DNA from: Chloroflexota bacterium
GTDB taxonomy: Bacteria; Chloroflexota; Anaerolineae; Anaerolineales; Villigracilaceae
Length of the DNA: 64,000 bases
Assembly: GCA_023459215.1 (NCBI GenBank)
Contig: JAEWVF010000018.1
Location: forward strand, 70,243-134,242
Direction of reading: 5' to 3'
The notes below the pieces were generated by a model that did not search any database, had not been told where the DNA came from, and was given only the letters and a program-made list of their open reading frames with translations. The stretch's first letter is position 1. Each line of letters starts with the position of its first letter. Made by a program: the position numbers and the translations under genes. Shown piece after piece: positions 9,878-19,633 of the stretch.

Positions 9878-10411
9878 ATGGACATCCTGCATCTTGTAGA
9901 TCGCCTTGAAGAACTCTTCAACGAAAGCCGCACGGTCCCCTTCACCCGCAACGTGGTTGTGGATGAAGATAAAATGCTGGATTTAATCGACCAGATGCGC
10001 GTCACCATCCCGGAAGAAGTCAAGAAAGCCCAGCAGTTGGTGGTGCAGAAGGATCGCATCATGGCCCAGGCTCAGGAAGAAGCCAACCGAATTGTCCAGT
10101 TGGCGCGCGAAAAAGCCGAGCAGATGGTTGAGCGTGAAGCGATTGTCAAAAGCGCCCAGAACCGGGCCGACCAGATTTTGTCGCAAGCGCGCGCCGATGC
10201 CCAGGCCACCCGCCAGGATGCCGATGAGTATGTGGTCCACAGTTTGCAGCACCTGGAAGTTGAACTTTCACGCCTGCAAAACCAGGTCCGCAATGGCTTG
10301 CGCAAGCTGGAAGAAGAACAGTTGCGCGTTCCGCAGCCTTTGCCGCAGGTGCGCAACCAGACCGATGAACAAGCCGAAGATGACGCCCCGCAAGTCCAGG
10401 AAATGGAATAA
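9878..10411 (+). CDS. Coiled-coil protein of unknown function (charged, ATP-synthase-b/FliH-like heptads)
   Basis: 177 aa, highly charged Q/E/R/A-rich; followed by strong terminator. Confidence 0.5.
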   Translation: MDILHLVDRLEELFNESRTVPFTRNVVVDEDKMLDLIDQMRVTIPEEVKKAQQLVVQKDRIMAQAQEEANRIVQLAREKAEQMVEREAIVKSAQNRADQILSQARADAQATRQDADEYVVHSLQHLEVELSRLQNQVRNGLRKLEEEQLRVPQPLPQVRNQTDEQAEDDAPQVQEME

Positions 10412-10428
10412 CACAAATTTTTCATAAC

Positions 10429-10461
10429 AAAAAAAGAACCGGAAAACCGGTTCTTTTTTTG
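10429..10461. terminator. Bidirectional rho-independent terminator
   Basis: aaaaaa-gaaccgg-aaaa-ccggttc-ttttttt between convergent genes. Confidence 0.8.
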
Positions 10462-10477
10462 TCTCTTCCCTTGGTGG

Positions 10478-12280
10478 TTATGGGCGCGGAGTTGCGCTTG
10501 GCATTCGCGTTTGGGTGGGGGTGCGGGTCGGAGTGCGGGTGGCCGTCGGCGGGATGGGTGTGGCCGTGCGGAAGGCGTCGATGCTTGCCTGGGCTTCCTC
10601 GCGCATTTCATCGCTGACCGCTTCTTCGGGCAGCTCTAAAATCGCTTCCCAGTCGCGGATGGATTCGTTGGGGAAGCCGATCTTGCCCAACGAGATGGCC
10701 CGGTAATACAGGAAGATAGCGCGTTTCTCATCTGTATCGGCCAGCTTCTCATGTTTGATCAGTTCGGCGTAACCGTTGTTGTAATCTTCGTTGGCGTACA
10801 GGGCGCGCGTCAGGGCGACCCCGGCATCGAAGAAGTTCTGGTTATAACGCAGCGCGGCGCGCAGATCGCTGATGGCTTCTTCGACATTGCCCAACTCCAG
10901 GTTCGTTTCACCGCGCCAGTAATAGCCTTGCGAACTGGTGCGATCCAGGCTGAGCGCCTGATCCAATGCCTCCAGAGCCTTATCGTACTCGCCGCGGTTG
11001 AAGTAGGTCGCCCCAAGGAAGCTGAAGGCCTCAGCGTTCTCTTTGGAGTACAGGGTGTAAACTTCCAGCGCTTCGAGCGCTTTATCGGTTTCACCGTTGG
11101 CGCGATAAGCCATGCCGAGCACCAGGTAGCTTTCCAGGTTGACGATGTCCAACTCGTTGGCGTGGATGGCTGCTTCCAAGGCCTCGGGGTAATTCTCCTG
11201 GGCTAATTCCACCCGCGCCAGGGCAATGTAAACCTGGGGCGAGTCAGGCAGCAAGTTGCCGGCCTCGCGCAAATCTTCCATGGCGGCTTCGGTATTTCTT
11301 TGACTCAACTGGTACAAACCACGCTCCAGGAAAGCCTCGCCGTAATTTGGATCGAGATTGATCGCCGAGTCGAGATCTGCCATCACCGAACGGCGCGGAT
11401 TGATGGCCAGGTTTGTGCGCGCGCGGCCAAGATAACTGGGCGCAAAGTTGGGATTAACCTTGATCGCCTCCTGGTAATAATCCAGGGCATCCTGATAGCG
11501 TTCATCCAGGCGATATGCTTCGGCGATAAAGTAGAGTGTGTCCGCTGAACCGGGGCTGATGGTTGCCACCTGGATCATCATCTGGGCAACCATTTCCCAA
11601 TTTTCGTTCTCATAGGCCCGCATTGCGCCCCGATATGGGTCAAGCGCAACTCCTTCATAGGGCGTTGCCGCATAAATCGGGGTGGGTGTGTACGTTGCGT
11701 CAATCAGTCCGGCCAGCGGCCCGCGTTCCTGCACTTGCTGGGTCATATCGAGCGTAGCGGTCGGGAATGGCGTAAATGTCTGTTGTACCCGCCGGGTCGG
11801 TTCCGGGCGGAACAAACCAAAAACGCTGAACCCGGCGATCACGCCGCCAATCAACAAGCCGCCCATCAATAATAATGAAACAACCCTGACCATCGGGTTG
11901 GCCGCCAACGCCTTGAAACCGGTCGGCCTGGGGGTTTCATCGGCCAGCTTGAGCTTCGAATCCCAGGGACGCGGGTGATTCATCGGGAACGGGGATAGCC
12001 CCTCCGCCGGCGGCAAACCGCCCAGCAGGGTCAAACCGCGTCGCGCCGCCGCATTTTCGGGGTCGAGCTTCAGCGCAGTTTGCAGGCAATAGATGCGTTC
12101 TTTTTGCGTTTCCATGGCCGCGCTCAGCCAAACCCAATAAACCGCATTGTTCTGATCGGTTTTTAGCAGGCGGGTCAGCAGGTCACGAGCATCGGCAAAA
12201 TTCCCCTGCTCGATAAAGTCTACGGCCTTCTGGAACATCATTTCTTCGGCAGAAACTTCGGGCGTCAGCATCTCATCCAT
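10478..12280 (-). CDS. TPR-repeat protein with central TM segment and Pro/Thr-rich C-terminus
   Basis: Multiple 34-aa TPR-like repeats (A..Y..G..Y..A...A), hydrophobic segment, PT-rich tail. Confidence 0.75.
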   Translation of the reverse strand: MDEMLTPEVSAEEMMFQKAVDFIEQGNFADARDLLTRLLKTDQNNAVYWVWLSAAMETQKERIYCLQTALKLDPENAAARRGLTLLGGLPPAEGLSPFPMNHPRPWDSKLKLADETPRPTGFKALAANPMVRVVSLLLMGGLLIGGVIAGFSVFGLFRPEPTRRVQQTFTPFPTATLDMTQQVQERGPLAGLIDATYTPTPIYAATPYEGVALDPYRGAMRAYENENWEMVAQMMIQVATISPGSADTLYFIAEAYRLDERYQDALDYYQEAIKVNPNFAPSYLGRARTNLAINPRRSVMADLDSAINLDPNYGEAFLERGLYQLSQRNTEAAMEDLREAGNLLPDSPQVYIALARVELAQENYPEALEAAIHANELDIVNLESYLVLGMAYRANGETDKALEALEVYTLYSKENAEAFSFLGATYFNRGEYDKALEALDQALSLDRTSSQGYYWRGETNLELGNVEEAISDLRAALRYNQNFFDAGVALTRALYANEDYNNGYAELIKHEKLADTDEKRAIFLYYRAISLGKIGFPNESIRDWEAILELPEEAVSDEMREEAQASIDAFRTATPIPPTATRTPTRTPTQTRMPSATPRP

Positions 12281-12338
12281 GCCTAAAGTGTAGCACAGGC
12301 CCGAAAGGTGGGCAAGCCTATCCGGTTATAATCAAAAA

Positions 12339-13337
12339 ATGAGATTTTTCCCTGCCCCGATGCGGATACTGACCCTGAGCCTTTGTCTTGCCCTGGCAGC
12401 CTGCTCCAGCGCGGATTCGGACTCCCCTCAGCCTGTTTTGCCATCTATCGAAACGCCTCCGCCAACCGACGCGCTTCCCGCCTCCACCGGGGCTGTCCCC
12501 GCTCCGACCAGCGCCAGTTTAATCCTGATAACGCCCACACCGTTTGTCGCCCCGCCGGTTGACATCCTGCCTACGGCTACCCCGTTTGCCTACGCCATTA
12601 AATCGGGCGACACCATCAGCCAGGTTGCCCAAAACTACGGCCTGACCGTCGATGAATTGATTGCTGCCAACCCTGGCATCAATACCCAGATTCTGAGCAT
12701 CGGCCAGGTCATCAATATTCCCTCGCGCTCGGCTGCCGTCGCCGAGACCGGGCCGACCCCTGCGCCGGTTTCCGCTGGCCCTTTGCGCTGCATCCCCTCC
12801 GGCGCGGGAATGTGGTGCCTGGCGCTGCTTGAGAATCCGCACGCCGAACCGCTGGAAAATATCACCGCCCGGATTTCCCTTTTTGCCGGGGATGCTCGTC
12901 TTTTGGATGGCCTGGAAGCGCTGCCTCCTTTGAATATTCTCCCTGCCGGTCGCCGTCTGCCGGTTGCCGCTTTTTTCCCATCCCGCCCGCTTGAGCCTTT
13001 CGCCGCCCGATTGGATATCGCCACGGCTTTTTTGCTGTCGCCGGGCGACCCGCGTTATTTGCCCGCTCGAGCTGACAATCTTCTGGTGCAGGTTTCCGCG
13101 GATGGGCGTTCTGCCGAAGTACGCGGACGGGTGTTTTTGCCTGAATCCAGTCTGCCTGTTCGTGAAATCTGGCTGGCAGGTGTGGCCTATGACAGCGCCG
13201 GACAGGTGGTCGGTTTTCGGCGCTGGCAATCCTCGACAGGTCTCGAACCCGGACAATCGCAAACTTTTGCCTTTGCGGTCTACAGCCTCGACGGTTCGAT
13301 CGAACGGGTCGATGTGGTAGTTGAAGCGCGTCCTTGA
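12339..13337 (+). CDS. LysM-domain lipoprotein
   Basis: Lipobox LALAAC, PT-rich linker, LysM motif YAIKSGDTISQVA..GLTVDELIAANP. Confidence 0.75.
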   Translation: MRFFPAPMRILTLSLCLALAACSSADSDSPQPVLPSIETPPPTDALPASTGAVPAPTSASLILITPTPFVAPPVDILPTATPFAYAIKSGDTISQVAQNYGLTVDELIAANPGINTQILSIGQVINIPSRSAAVAETGPTPAPVSAGPLRCIPSGAGMWCLALLENPHAEPLENITARISLFAGDARLLDGLEALPPLNILPAGRRLPVAAFFPSRPLEPFAARLDIATAFLLSPGDPRYLPARADNLLVQVSADGRSAEVRGRVFLPESSLPVREIWLAGVAYDSAGQVVGFRRWQSSTGLEPGQSQTFAFAVYSLDGSIERVDVVVEARP

Positions 13338-13427
13338 ATCGGCCTGGATGAGGGTGAGCGGCTTAATTTCTCAAGAACAAAAGGTTTATGCGCAGTATTT
13401 TTTTACCTTCCAAATACTTTGCAATGT

Positions 13428-13456
13428 TTGACGCATATATCCCTTGCATGTATAAT
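13428..13456 (+). promoter_or_regulatory. Near-consensus sigma70 promoter (TTGACG-17 nt-TATAAT) for the 13504-28263 operon
   Basis: ttgacg at 13428-13433, 17-nt spacer, tataat at 13451-13456, AT-rich UP-like region upstream; GAGGA RBS before ATG 13504. Confidence 0.6.
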
Positions 13457-13503
13457 CGCTTTATTCAATTTATTACCCGAATTAACGGGTGTAGAGGACG
13501 CTT

Positions 13504-14325
13504 ATGGCTCTTCGGGGCAACCTTCGGGATTTTACTGTCACCCAGCTTCTGAATTTGATTAATTTAGCCCATAAGACGGGTACTTTGGTGATTGAAGGCC
13601 CGAACGAGGTCGCCAAGGTATCTTTTCGCGATGGAAAGCTGTCCTACGCCCAGATCGGTCAGGATGATACCCGCCTGGCCTCCGTTTTACACAAATCCAA
13701 CCGCCTGACCACCGGCCAGTTGAGAGCCATCCAACTGCGAGCAACCCATGTATCTGATAAGGAACTGGGTTTGCTCTTGATTAATTCCGGTCACATGACT
13801 CAGGATGATATTCTGGCGGCGCTACAGGCTTATTTCACTGAATCTGTGCGCCGTTTGTTTACCTGGGTGGAGGGGTCTTTTCGTTTTGAAAACGAGATGA
13901 TGCCGCCCGAGGATCGCATTACGGTGCGCCTCGACCTTGAAAACCTGATCATTGAAGGCGCCCGCCAGCTTCGTGAGTTTGAGCAGTTACAGGATGAAAT
14001 CCCCAGCCTGGATATGGCGTTGCGCTTCACCGAACGTCCCGGTTCGAATTTGCAAAAGATGAACCTGAGTGTTGAAGAATGGCGGGTGGTTTCTTATATC
14101 AGCCCGAAAAACACCATCCAGCAGATTGCTTCAGCAGCGAAGATGGGCGATATGGAAATCCGGCGCATTGTCTATGGCCTGATCCAGGCTGGCCTGGTCG
14201 AAGTGATGCGCCCCGAAGGCGCCGCCTCGGCTCAGGAAAAGGCGCGCCCTGCTGTTCCCGCTCAGAACCGGGATGAACAGAAGTCCCTTGTTAATCGTTT
14301 AATAACGCGTATTCGCTCGATATAA
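13504..14325 (+). CDS. DUF4388-domain protein (putative GTPase partner/regulator)
   Basis: N-terminal motif LRGNLRDFTVTQLLNLINLAHKTGTLVIEG characteristic of DUF4388; first gene of operon. Confidence 0.65.
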   Translation: MALRGNLRDFTVTQLLNLINLAHKTGTLVIEGPNEVAKVSFRDGKLSYAQIGQDDTRLASVLHKSNRLTTGQLRAIQLRATHVSDKELGLLLINSGHMTQDDILAALQAYFTESVRRLFTWVEGSFRFENEMMPPEDRITVRLDLENLIIEGARQLREFEQLQDEIPSLDMALRFTERPGSNLQKMNLSVEEWRVVSYISPKNTIQQIASAAKMGDMEIRRIVYGLIQAGLVEVMRPEGAASAQEKARPAVPAQNRDEQKSLVNRLITRIRSI

Positions 14326-14350
14326 TTATTATTTTGAAGGAAAAGTAATT

Positions 14351-14893
14351 ATGCAAACGGTCAAAATGGTCGTCACAGGTCCTTTCAGCGCTGGCAAAAC
14401 GGAATTTATCCGTTCTGTAAGTGAAATTGACGTTGTTGCAACTGAGCGAAAGATTTCATCCGATTCTGAAAGAGCCGTGAAACAGGCTACAACAGTCGCC
14501 ATGGATTTTGGTCGTATTACCGTGGACGAAGACCTGGTGCTTTATCTCTTTGGTACCCCAGGCCAAAAGCGTTTCGATTTCATGTGGGAAATTCTTTCGG
14601 AAGGTATGCTTGGCTTTATTGTCATGGTCGATAGCACCCGCCCGGAAACCTTCCGCGAAGCCCGCTCTATTCTGGAAACTTTCCGCGCTTATGCGCCGAC
14701 GCCGTATGTGGTTGCTGCGAACAAACAGGATGTCGATGACGCCTGGGAGTTGGAAGACATGCGCCATGCCCTGCGCCTGGATAACAAGGTGAAACTTTTA
14801 CCGTGTGTTGCCACGGATAAGAACACTGTCAAAAACGTCTTGCTCGAATTGCTTTACAGCATTCTGGCCGAGATGGAAAATACCGAGAAATAA
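14351..14893 (+). CDS. Small P-loop GTPase of the CvnD/MglA ('ATP/GTP-binding protein') type
   Basis: G1 GPFSAGKT, VSEI, G3 LFGTPGQ, G4 ANKQD; 180 aa. Confidence 0.8.
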   Translation: MQTVKMVVTGPFSAGKTEFIRSVSEIDVVATERKISSDSERAVKQATTVAMDFGRITVDEDLVLYLFGTPGQKRFDFMWEILSEGMLGFIVMVDSTRPETFREARSILETFRAYAPTPYVVAANKQDVDDAWELEDMRHALRLDNKVKLLPCVATDKNTVKNVLLELLYSILAEMENTEK

Positions 14894-14909
14894 TTGATAG
14901 AATGCTGCC

Positions 14910-15710
14910 GTGTCCTCAATCACTACTGACCAGGGTATAGTTCATTATGAAGTTTATGGGCGTGGCCGCCCGGTAATTTTGCTTCACGGATGGCTAGGCT
15001 CGTGGGGATTATGGCAGGAGACCATGGCCTATTTAGGCCGTTCATATCGCACTTATGCGCTCGATTTTTGGGGATTTGGCGAGTCAGGAAAAAAGCGCGA
15101 CACCTACGTTGTCCAGGATTTTGTCAGCCTGGTAGACCAGTTTATGGATCGGCTTGGCATCACCCATGCGCCTCTGGTTGGGCACAGCATGGGCGGAACA
15201 GTCAGCTTGTCGGTTGCGATTCAATTTCCACACCGCGTCAGTAAAGTTGTTGTAGTTGGTTCGCCGATTGTTGGCTCATCCCTGGCGATCCCCCTCAAAC
15301 TGGCCGGGTATCGCGCAATCGCCTTTATGTTGTTCAATATGATGTGGGCCTTTCGGGGGGGGATGAAAGTGGCTTCGCCGTTCATTTGCGCTGACCCGCG
15401 GTTCCCGCAGATGATGGATAAAGACCTCTCCAGCACAACCCTCGAATCTTTCCTGCGCAGCATCGCTTCGTTGCGCCGCACCGATTTGCGCCCGATGCTA
15501 TCGGAAGTGAAAGTGCCAACCATGGGCATTTACGGTGGCCGCGATAATATTGTCCACCCAAAGCAATGGCAGCCTCTTTTGCAGGGGGTTCCGCACTCGA
15601 AGATTGTGTACTGGGAGCGGGCGCAGCATTTTGTCATGCTTGATATGTCGAGAGAATTTACTGAAACGCTGAAATCATTTTTGGATGAGGAAGAGAAACC
15701 TACAGGATGA
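14910..15710 (+). CDS. Alpha/beta-hydrolase-fold enzyme (paralog 1, catalytic Ser intact)
   Basis: HGWLGSW oxyanion region, GHSMGG nucleophile elbow, C-terminal His. Confidence 0.8.
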   Translation: MSSITTDQGIVHYEVYGRGRPVILLHGWLGSWGLWQETMAYLGRSYRTYALDFWGFGESGKKRDTYVVQDFVSLVDQFMDRLGITHAPLVGHSMGGTVSLSVAIQFPHRVSKVVVVGSPIVGSSLAIPLKLAGYRAIAFMLFNMMWAFRGGMKVASPFICADPRFPQMMDKDLSSTTLESFLRSIASLRRTDLRPMLSEVKVPTMGIYGGRDNIVHPKQWQPLLQGVPHSKIVYWERAQHFVMLDMSREFTETLKSFLDEEEKPTG

Positions 15711-16339
15711 ATCCTGCTTCCCTTCATTACCACTATCCAAACCAGATGGGGCGTATCTTGTTGTTATCTGGTGATGAGATATTGGGTCGTCCAGGAATGT
15801 CTGCGGTGTTGAATTCAATCCCAGGCGGCGAACAATTTGTTGAGAGCTATCCCAAGGAATCCCTTGACCTGGAATTTCCTTTCGAGTTGGTTTCGGGTTT
15901 GCAGCTTGGCCTGGAAAGGATTTATGGCCCTCATGGTGGCCGAGGCATTTCCCTGCGAATTGGGCGGGCTTGCTTCCAGCAGGGATTGCGCGAGTTTGGG
16001 CCGCTGTTCGGCTTGACCGACCTCGCCTTTCGGCTTCTACCTTTAAAAACCAAGCTCAAGGTGGGCGCGAACGCATTTGCCGATATTTTTAACAAGCATA
16101 GCGACCAACGTGTCCGCATTGAGGAAGATGAACGAAGCATTTTTTGGATCATTGAACGTTGTCCCGTTTGCTGGCAGCGCCATGCTGATGGCCCTTCCTG
16201 CCACCTGGCGGTTGGACTTTTGCAAGAGGCGCTCTATTGGGCGAGTGGTGGTAAGATATTTCAGGTTGAAGAAACACAGTGCTGTGCCTCCGGCGACTCG
16301 CAATGTGTTATTTTGATCGAGAAGATTCCTCTGGGATAA
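15707..16339 (+). CDS. V4R-domain protein (4-vinyl reductase / Bet3-like small-molecule binding domain)
   Basis: ATGA start/stop overlap with upstream gene; conserved Cys pattern CPVC..CH..CCASGD typical of V4R. Confidence 0.65.
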   Translation: MNPASLHYHYPNQMGRILLLSGDEILGRPGMSAVLNSIPGGEQFVESYPKESLDLEFPFELVSGLQLGLERIYGPHGGRGISLRIGRACFQQGLREFGPLFGLTDLAFRLLPLKTKLKVGANAFADIFNKHSDQRVRIEEDERSIFWIIERCPVCWQRHADGPSCHLAVGLLQEALYWASGGKIFQVEETQCCASGDSQCVILIEKIPLG

Positions 16340-16342
16340 CCC

Positions 16343-17614
16343 ATGCTGAAAATAATTTTGCAGGCCAAGCGGCCTATTTCCCCCTTCAACGAACCGGCGC
16401 GAGATTTACGCATCCAAAACCAGCCGCTTTGGCTGTTGCAGCGCGATGCTTTGGCTCCCTATGTAACCCGTGAGTTGGAAATCCCGGCGAACGCGCGGAT
16501 GCCCCAAATGCAGGAACCGATGCTGGTCTACCGCGACAACCTGTTTTTTGACCAGCCTTATATTGATGAGTTTATCCGCCTGGCGACCAAAAAGAACCGC
16601 CCGGTGCGCGCGGCATTTTCGATTGATGATCCCGCTTTTCGTGAACACGCCCTGCCGCTCTCAGTGTCGTATACCCCTGCCGGGAATTTGTACCTGGCTG
16701 ATCTCTGGTATTATCCGCGCGGCCCGGTAGCCGATGTGGACCCGCTCGTTGTTGATATGCAATCTCGAGAAGTTGGTTATTATCATGTTCCTTCCTATAT
16801 GGCCGGCGAACGCGGCGACTTGGTGTTTCAGGTTCCGCTGCGGGCGATGATGGCCATCGATACCTGGGTGCATATCTTTATTGCGGATGTGGTTTTTGGC
16901 TTATTTAAGCGCGGTAACCGTTTTGAAAACCGGCTTGCGAATGATCTGGCCTTTAAATTGAAAGTTGTCGGCACGGCCATTTATGAAGGTCGCCAGATTC
17001 TGGAATGTTCGGAACTGGTAAAAGTTGGCAAAAACTGCATTATTCACCCTGGGGCAATGATTTTTGGGCCGACCACAATTGGGGATAACGTTCACATCGA
17101 CGCTGGCGCGGTGATCGAAAATTGTATTATTGGCAACAATGTCAATGTTTCCCAAGACTGCCAACTGATGCTCTCGGTGGTTGGGGATGGAACTTTCCTG
17201 CCGTTTAAGGCGGCTTTGTTCATGACCACCATCATGGATAATTCGATGGTCGCCCAGAATACGTGTTTGCAGATGTGTGTTGTTGGGCGCAATACGTTTA
17301 TTGGCGCTGGCTCCACTTTTACTGATTACAACCTGATTCCCGCCCCGATCCGCGCTTTAGATGGAAACGATGAATTGAAGCCTTCCAACCGGCCCGTCTT
17401 GGGCGGCTGCGTAGGCCATAACTGCCGGATTGGCGCGGGCATGATTGTTTACCCGGCTCGCACAATTGAATCAGATGTGGTTTTGGCCGCATCCAAAGAA
17501 CGGCGTGTTATTGACAAGAATGTTCGGTTTGAGGACAGCGATCATCATAAGATGAAAACCTCGAACCAGCACAAAGTGCTTTACCAAAAACAACAGGACC
17601 TTGAGTCGTGGTAA
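16343..17614 (+). CDS. Degenerate sugar-nucleotidyltransferase-like N-domain fused to left-handed beta-helix (hexapeptide-repeat) domain
   Basis: N-terminus KIILQAKRPISPF resembles but lacks the GxGxR motif; C-terminal [LIV]G..x.I hexapeptide repeats. Confidence 0.55.
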   Translation: MLKIILQAKRPISPFNEPARDLRIQNQPLWLLQRDALAPYVTRELEIPANARMPQMQEPMLVYRDNLFFDQPYIDEFIRLATKKNRPVRAAFSIDDPAFREHALPLSVSYTPAGNLYLADLWYYPRGPVADVDPLVVDMQSREVGYYHVPSYMAGERGDLVFQVPLRAMMAIDTWVHIFIADVVFGLFKRGNRFENRLANDLAFKLKVVGTAIYEGRQILECSELVKVGKNCIIHPGAMIFGPTTIGDNVHIDAGAVIENCIIGNNVNVSQDCQLMLSVVGDGTFLPFKAALFMTTIMDNSMVAQNTCLQMCVVGRNTFIGAGSTFTDYNLIPAPIRALDGNDELKPSNRPVLGGCVGHNCRIGAGMIVYPARTIESDVVLAASKERRVIDKNVRFEDSDHHKMKTSNQHKVLYQKQQDLESW

Positions 17615-17617
17615 AGC

Positions 17618-18709
17618 ATGGATACATTTGCATTCATCATCCATCCTATTGACCCGAAGCGCGATGTCAGTAGGAAATACCCCCTGCTGGGCAAATACCT
17701 GACAGAAGGCCAGATAAATTTTTTCTCCACATTCTTTCCGCCGGTATATCTCTCCCAAATCGACGGGATTGTTTCCAAGGCAACCGGCAAAGAGATTAAA
17801 GGTTGGTTTGTTGCCTGCCCTTTTACACCGCGGCGGATGTTGGAATTGCCCGAGAAAATGGTGTATCATAAAATCATTCAGACCGGGAGAATGGCAGAGA
17901 AACTTGGCGCCAATATTCTGGGTTTGGGCGCGTTTACCTCGGTTGTCGGCGACTCGGGCGCTACAATTGCGAAGGCGTTGGATGTACCGGTGACAACCGG
18001 CGACTCTTATACAATTGCCGTGGCGGTCGATGCAATTAAAGAAGCGGCGCGGATCATGGATATTCCGCTTGAATCGGCGACCGCTGCCGTGGTTGGCGCT
18101 ACCGGAACAATAGGAAAAGTCTGCGCAGAACTTCTCGCAGATGCCGTAGGTGAGTTATACTTGGTAGGTCGCCGTGTTGATGCATTGGATGCCTTGCGGG
18201 AAAGAATCGCCAGTCATTCGAAGGCACGGTTATATACCAGCACAAAAATGGATGTATTATCGCGGGCGCAGTTGATTTTGACTGTAACCAGCGCTGTCCA
18301 TGATGTGATCAGGCCGGAACATTTGCAGCCAGGAAGTGTGGTCTGTGATGTCGCCCGGCCTCGCGATGTATCTGCAATGGTCGCAGCGGCGCGAGACGAT
18401 ATACTTGTGATTGACGGCGGCATGGTGGATGTGCCTGGTCCTGTCGATTTTCACTTTAACTTTGGTTTTCCTGCGGGAAAAGCCTATGCCTGTATGGCCG
18501 AAACCATTGCCCTGGCGCTTGAAGGCCGTTTTGAAGATTACACCATCGGCAAGGATATCTCCCGGGCTCGGGTAGAAGAGATTTACGCAATTGCAAACAA
18601 GCATGGCTTTCGTTTGAGCGGATTTCGTTCGTTCGAAAAAGAAGTCACGCAAGAAAAAATTGAAATCATACGCCGCAATGCACATGCCCGCCAGCGGCGA
18701 CAGAATTGA
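17618..18709 (+). CDS. Acyl-ACP reductase (AAR)-like NAD(P)-dependent oxidoreductase
   Basis: Colinear similarity to cyanobacterial AAR: MDTFAFIIHP / LGLGAFTSV / AAVVGATGTIGK Rossmann / SVVCDVARP catalytic-Cys region. Confidence 0.65.
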   Translation: MDTFAFIIHPIDPKRDVSRKYPLLGKYLTEGQINFFSTFFPPVYLSQIDGIVSKATGKEIKGWFVACPFTPRRMLELPEKMVYHKIIQTGRMAEKLGANILGLGAFTSVVGDSGATIAKALDVPVTTGDSYTIAVAVDAIKEAARIMDIPLESATAAVVGATGTIGKVCAELLADAVGELYLVGRRVDALDALRERIASHSKARLYTSTKMDVLSRAQLILTVTSAVHDVIRPEHLQPGSVVCDVARPRDVSAMVAAARDDILVIDGGMVDVPGPVDFHFNFGFPAGKAYACMAETIALALEGRFEDYTIGKDISRARVEEIYAIANKHGFRLSGFRSFEKEVTQEKIEIIRRNAHARQRRQN

Positions 18710-18721
18710 TGGAGGCTCTTT

Positions 18722-19627
18722 ATGGGAAAAGCCCGCCTGCTCATTACCGAAGATGATGTAGACATCTCTAACATGCTCAAGATTTATTTTTCCGGCTTGG
18801 GCTATGATGTCGACGTGGCCATGCGCGGTTCAGAAGCGCTGGAAAAAACACGTCAGGTATTGCCACATCTGATTGTGTTGGATATCATGCTGCCCGATAT
18901 TGACGGGTATGAAGTGTGCCGCACGTTGCGCACCAATACACGTACCAGTCATATTCCGGTCATCTTCTTGACCCAAAAGGATGAGCGCAGCGATCGCTTG
19001 CAGGGCCTCGAACTTGGGGCGGATGATTACATCACCAAACCTTTCGACATTGAAGAATTGAAGCTGCGCGTCCAGGGGGCCATTCGTCGCTCTGAGCGCG
19101 AGAGCCTCACCGATCCGCGCTCTGGTTTGCCGGCCGGACGTTTGATTGAGGAACAACTTCGCAAGATTATCCGCGAAACCGGCTGGTCTTATCTCGATAT
19201 CCGCATCAACAATTTCGAAGCCTTCAAAGATGTTTACGGCTTTGTCGCGGGTGATGATGTCCTGCGCTTTACCGGAATGTTGATTGGCGAAGTTCTCGAT
19301 GAGCTTGGCACCTCTGCCGATTTCATCGGCCACGCTGGCGGCGACAATTTCATCGTGATTACCACTGAGGGCGCGACTCCGGCCATCAGCGCCGCGCTGA
19401 AGAACCGTTTTGCTGAACAGGTTCAGACCCATTACAACTTTATGGATCGCCAGCAGGGTTATATTCTCGCCCCAACCTCTGATGGCCAGACTGAGAAATT
19501 CCCCCTGATGACTTTTGCAATCGGTACGGTGATGCCAACCCAGCAGTCGTTTGCTGATATTCGTGAAATTACTGAACTGGCTGCCGAAGCGCGCCGTCAA
19601 GATGCTGCCAATGCGGTAAAAGGATAA
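18722..19627 (+). CDS. Response-regulator receiver fused to degenerate GGDEF domain (GGDNF)
   Basis: REC motifs (EDD, D in DIMLPDIDG, KP), GGDEF-like fold with HAGGDNF instead of GG(D/E)EF. Confidence 0.75.
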   Translation: MGKARLLITEDDVDISNMLKIYFSGLGYDVDVAMRGSEALEKTRQVLPHLIVLDIMLPDIDGYEVCRTLRTNTRTSHIPVIFLTQKDERSDRLQGLELGADDYITKPFDIEELKLRVQGAIRRSERESLTDPRSGLPAGRLIEEQLRKIIRETGWSYLDIRINNFEAFKDVYGFVAGDDVLRFTGMLIGEVLDELGTSADFIGHAGGDNFIVITTEGATPAISAALKNRFAEQVQTHYNFMDRQQGYILAPTSDGQTEKFPLMTFAIGTVMPTQQSFADIREITELAAEARRQDAANAVKG

Positions 19628-19633
19628 CATCAA

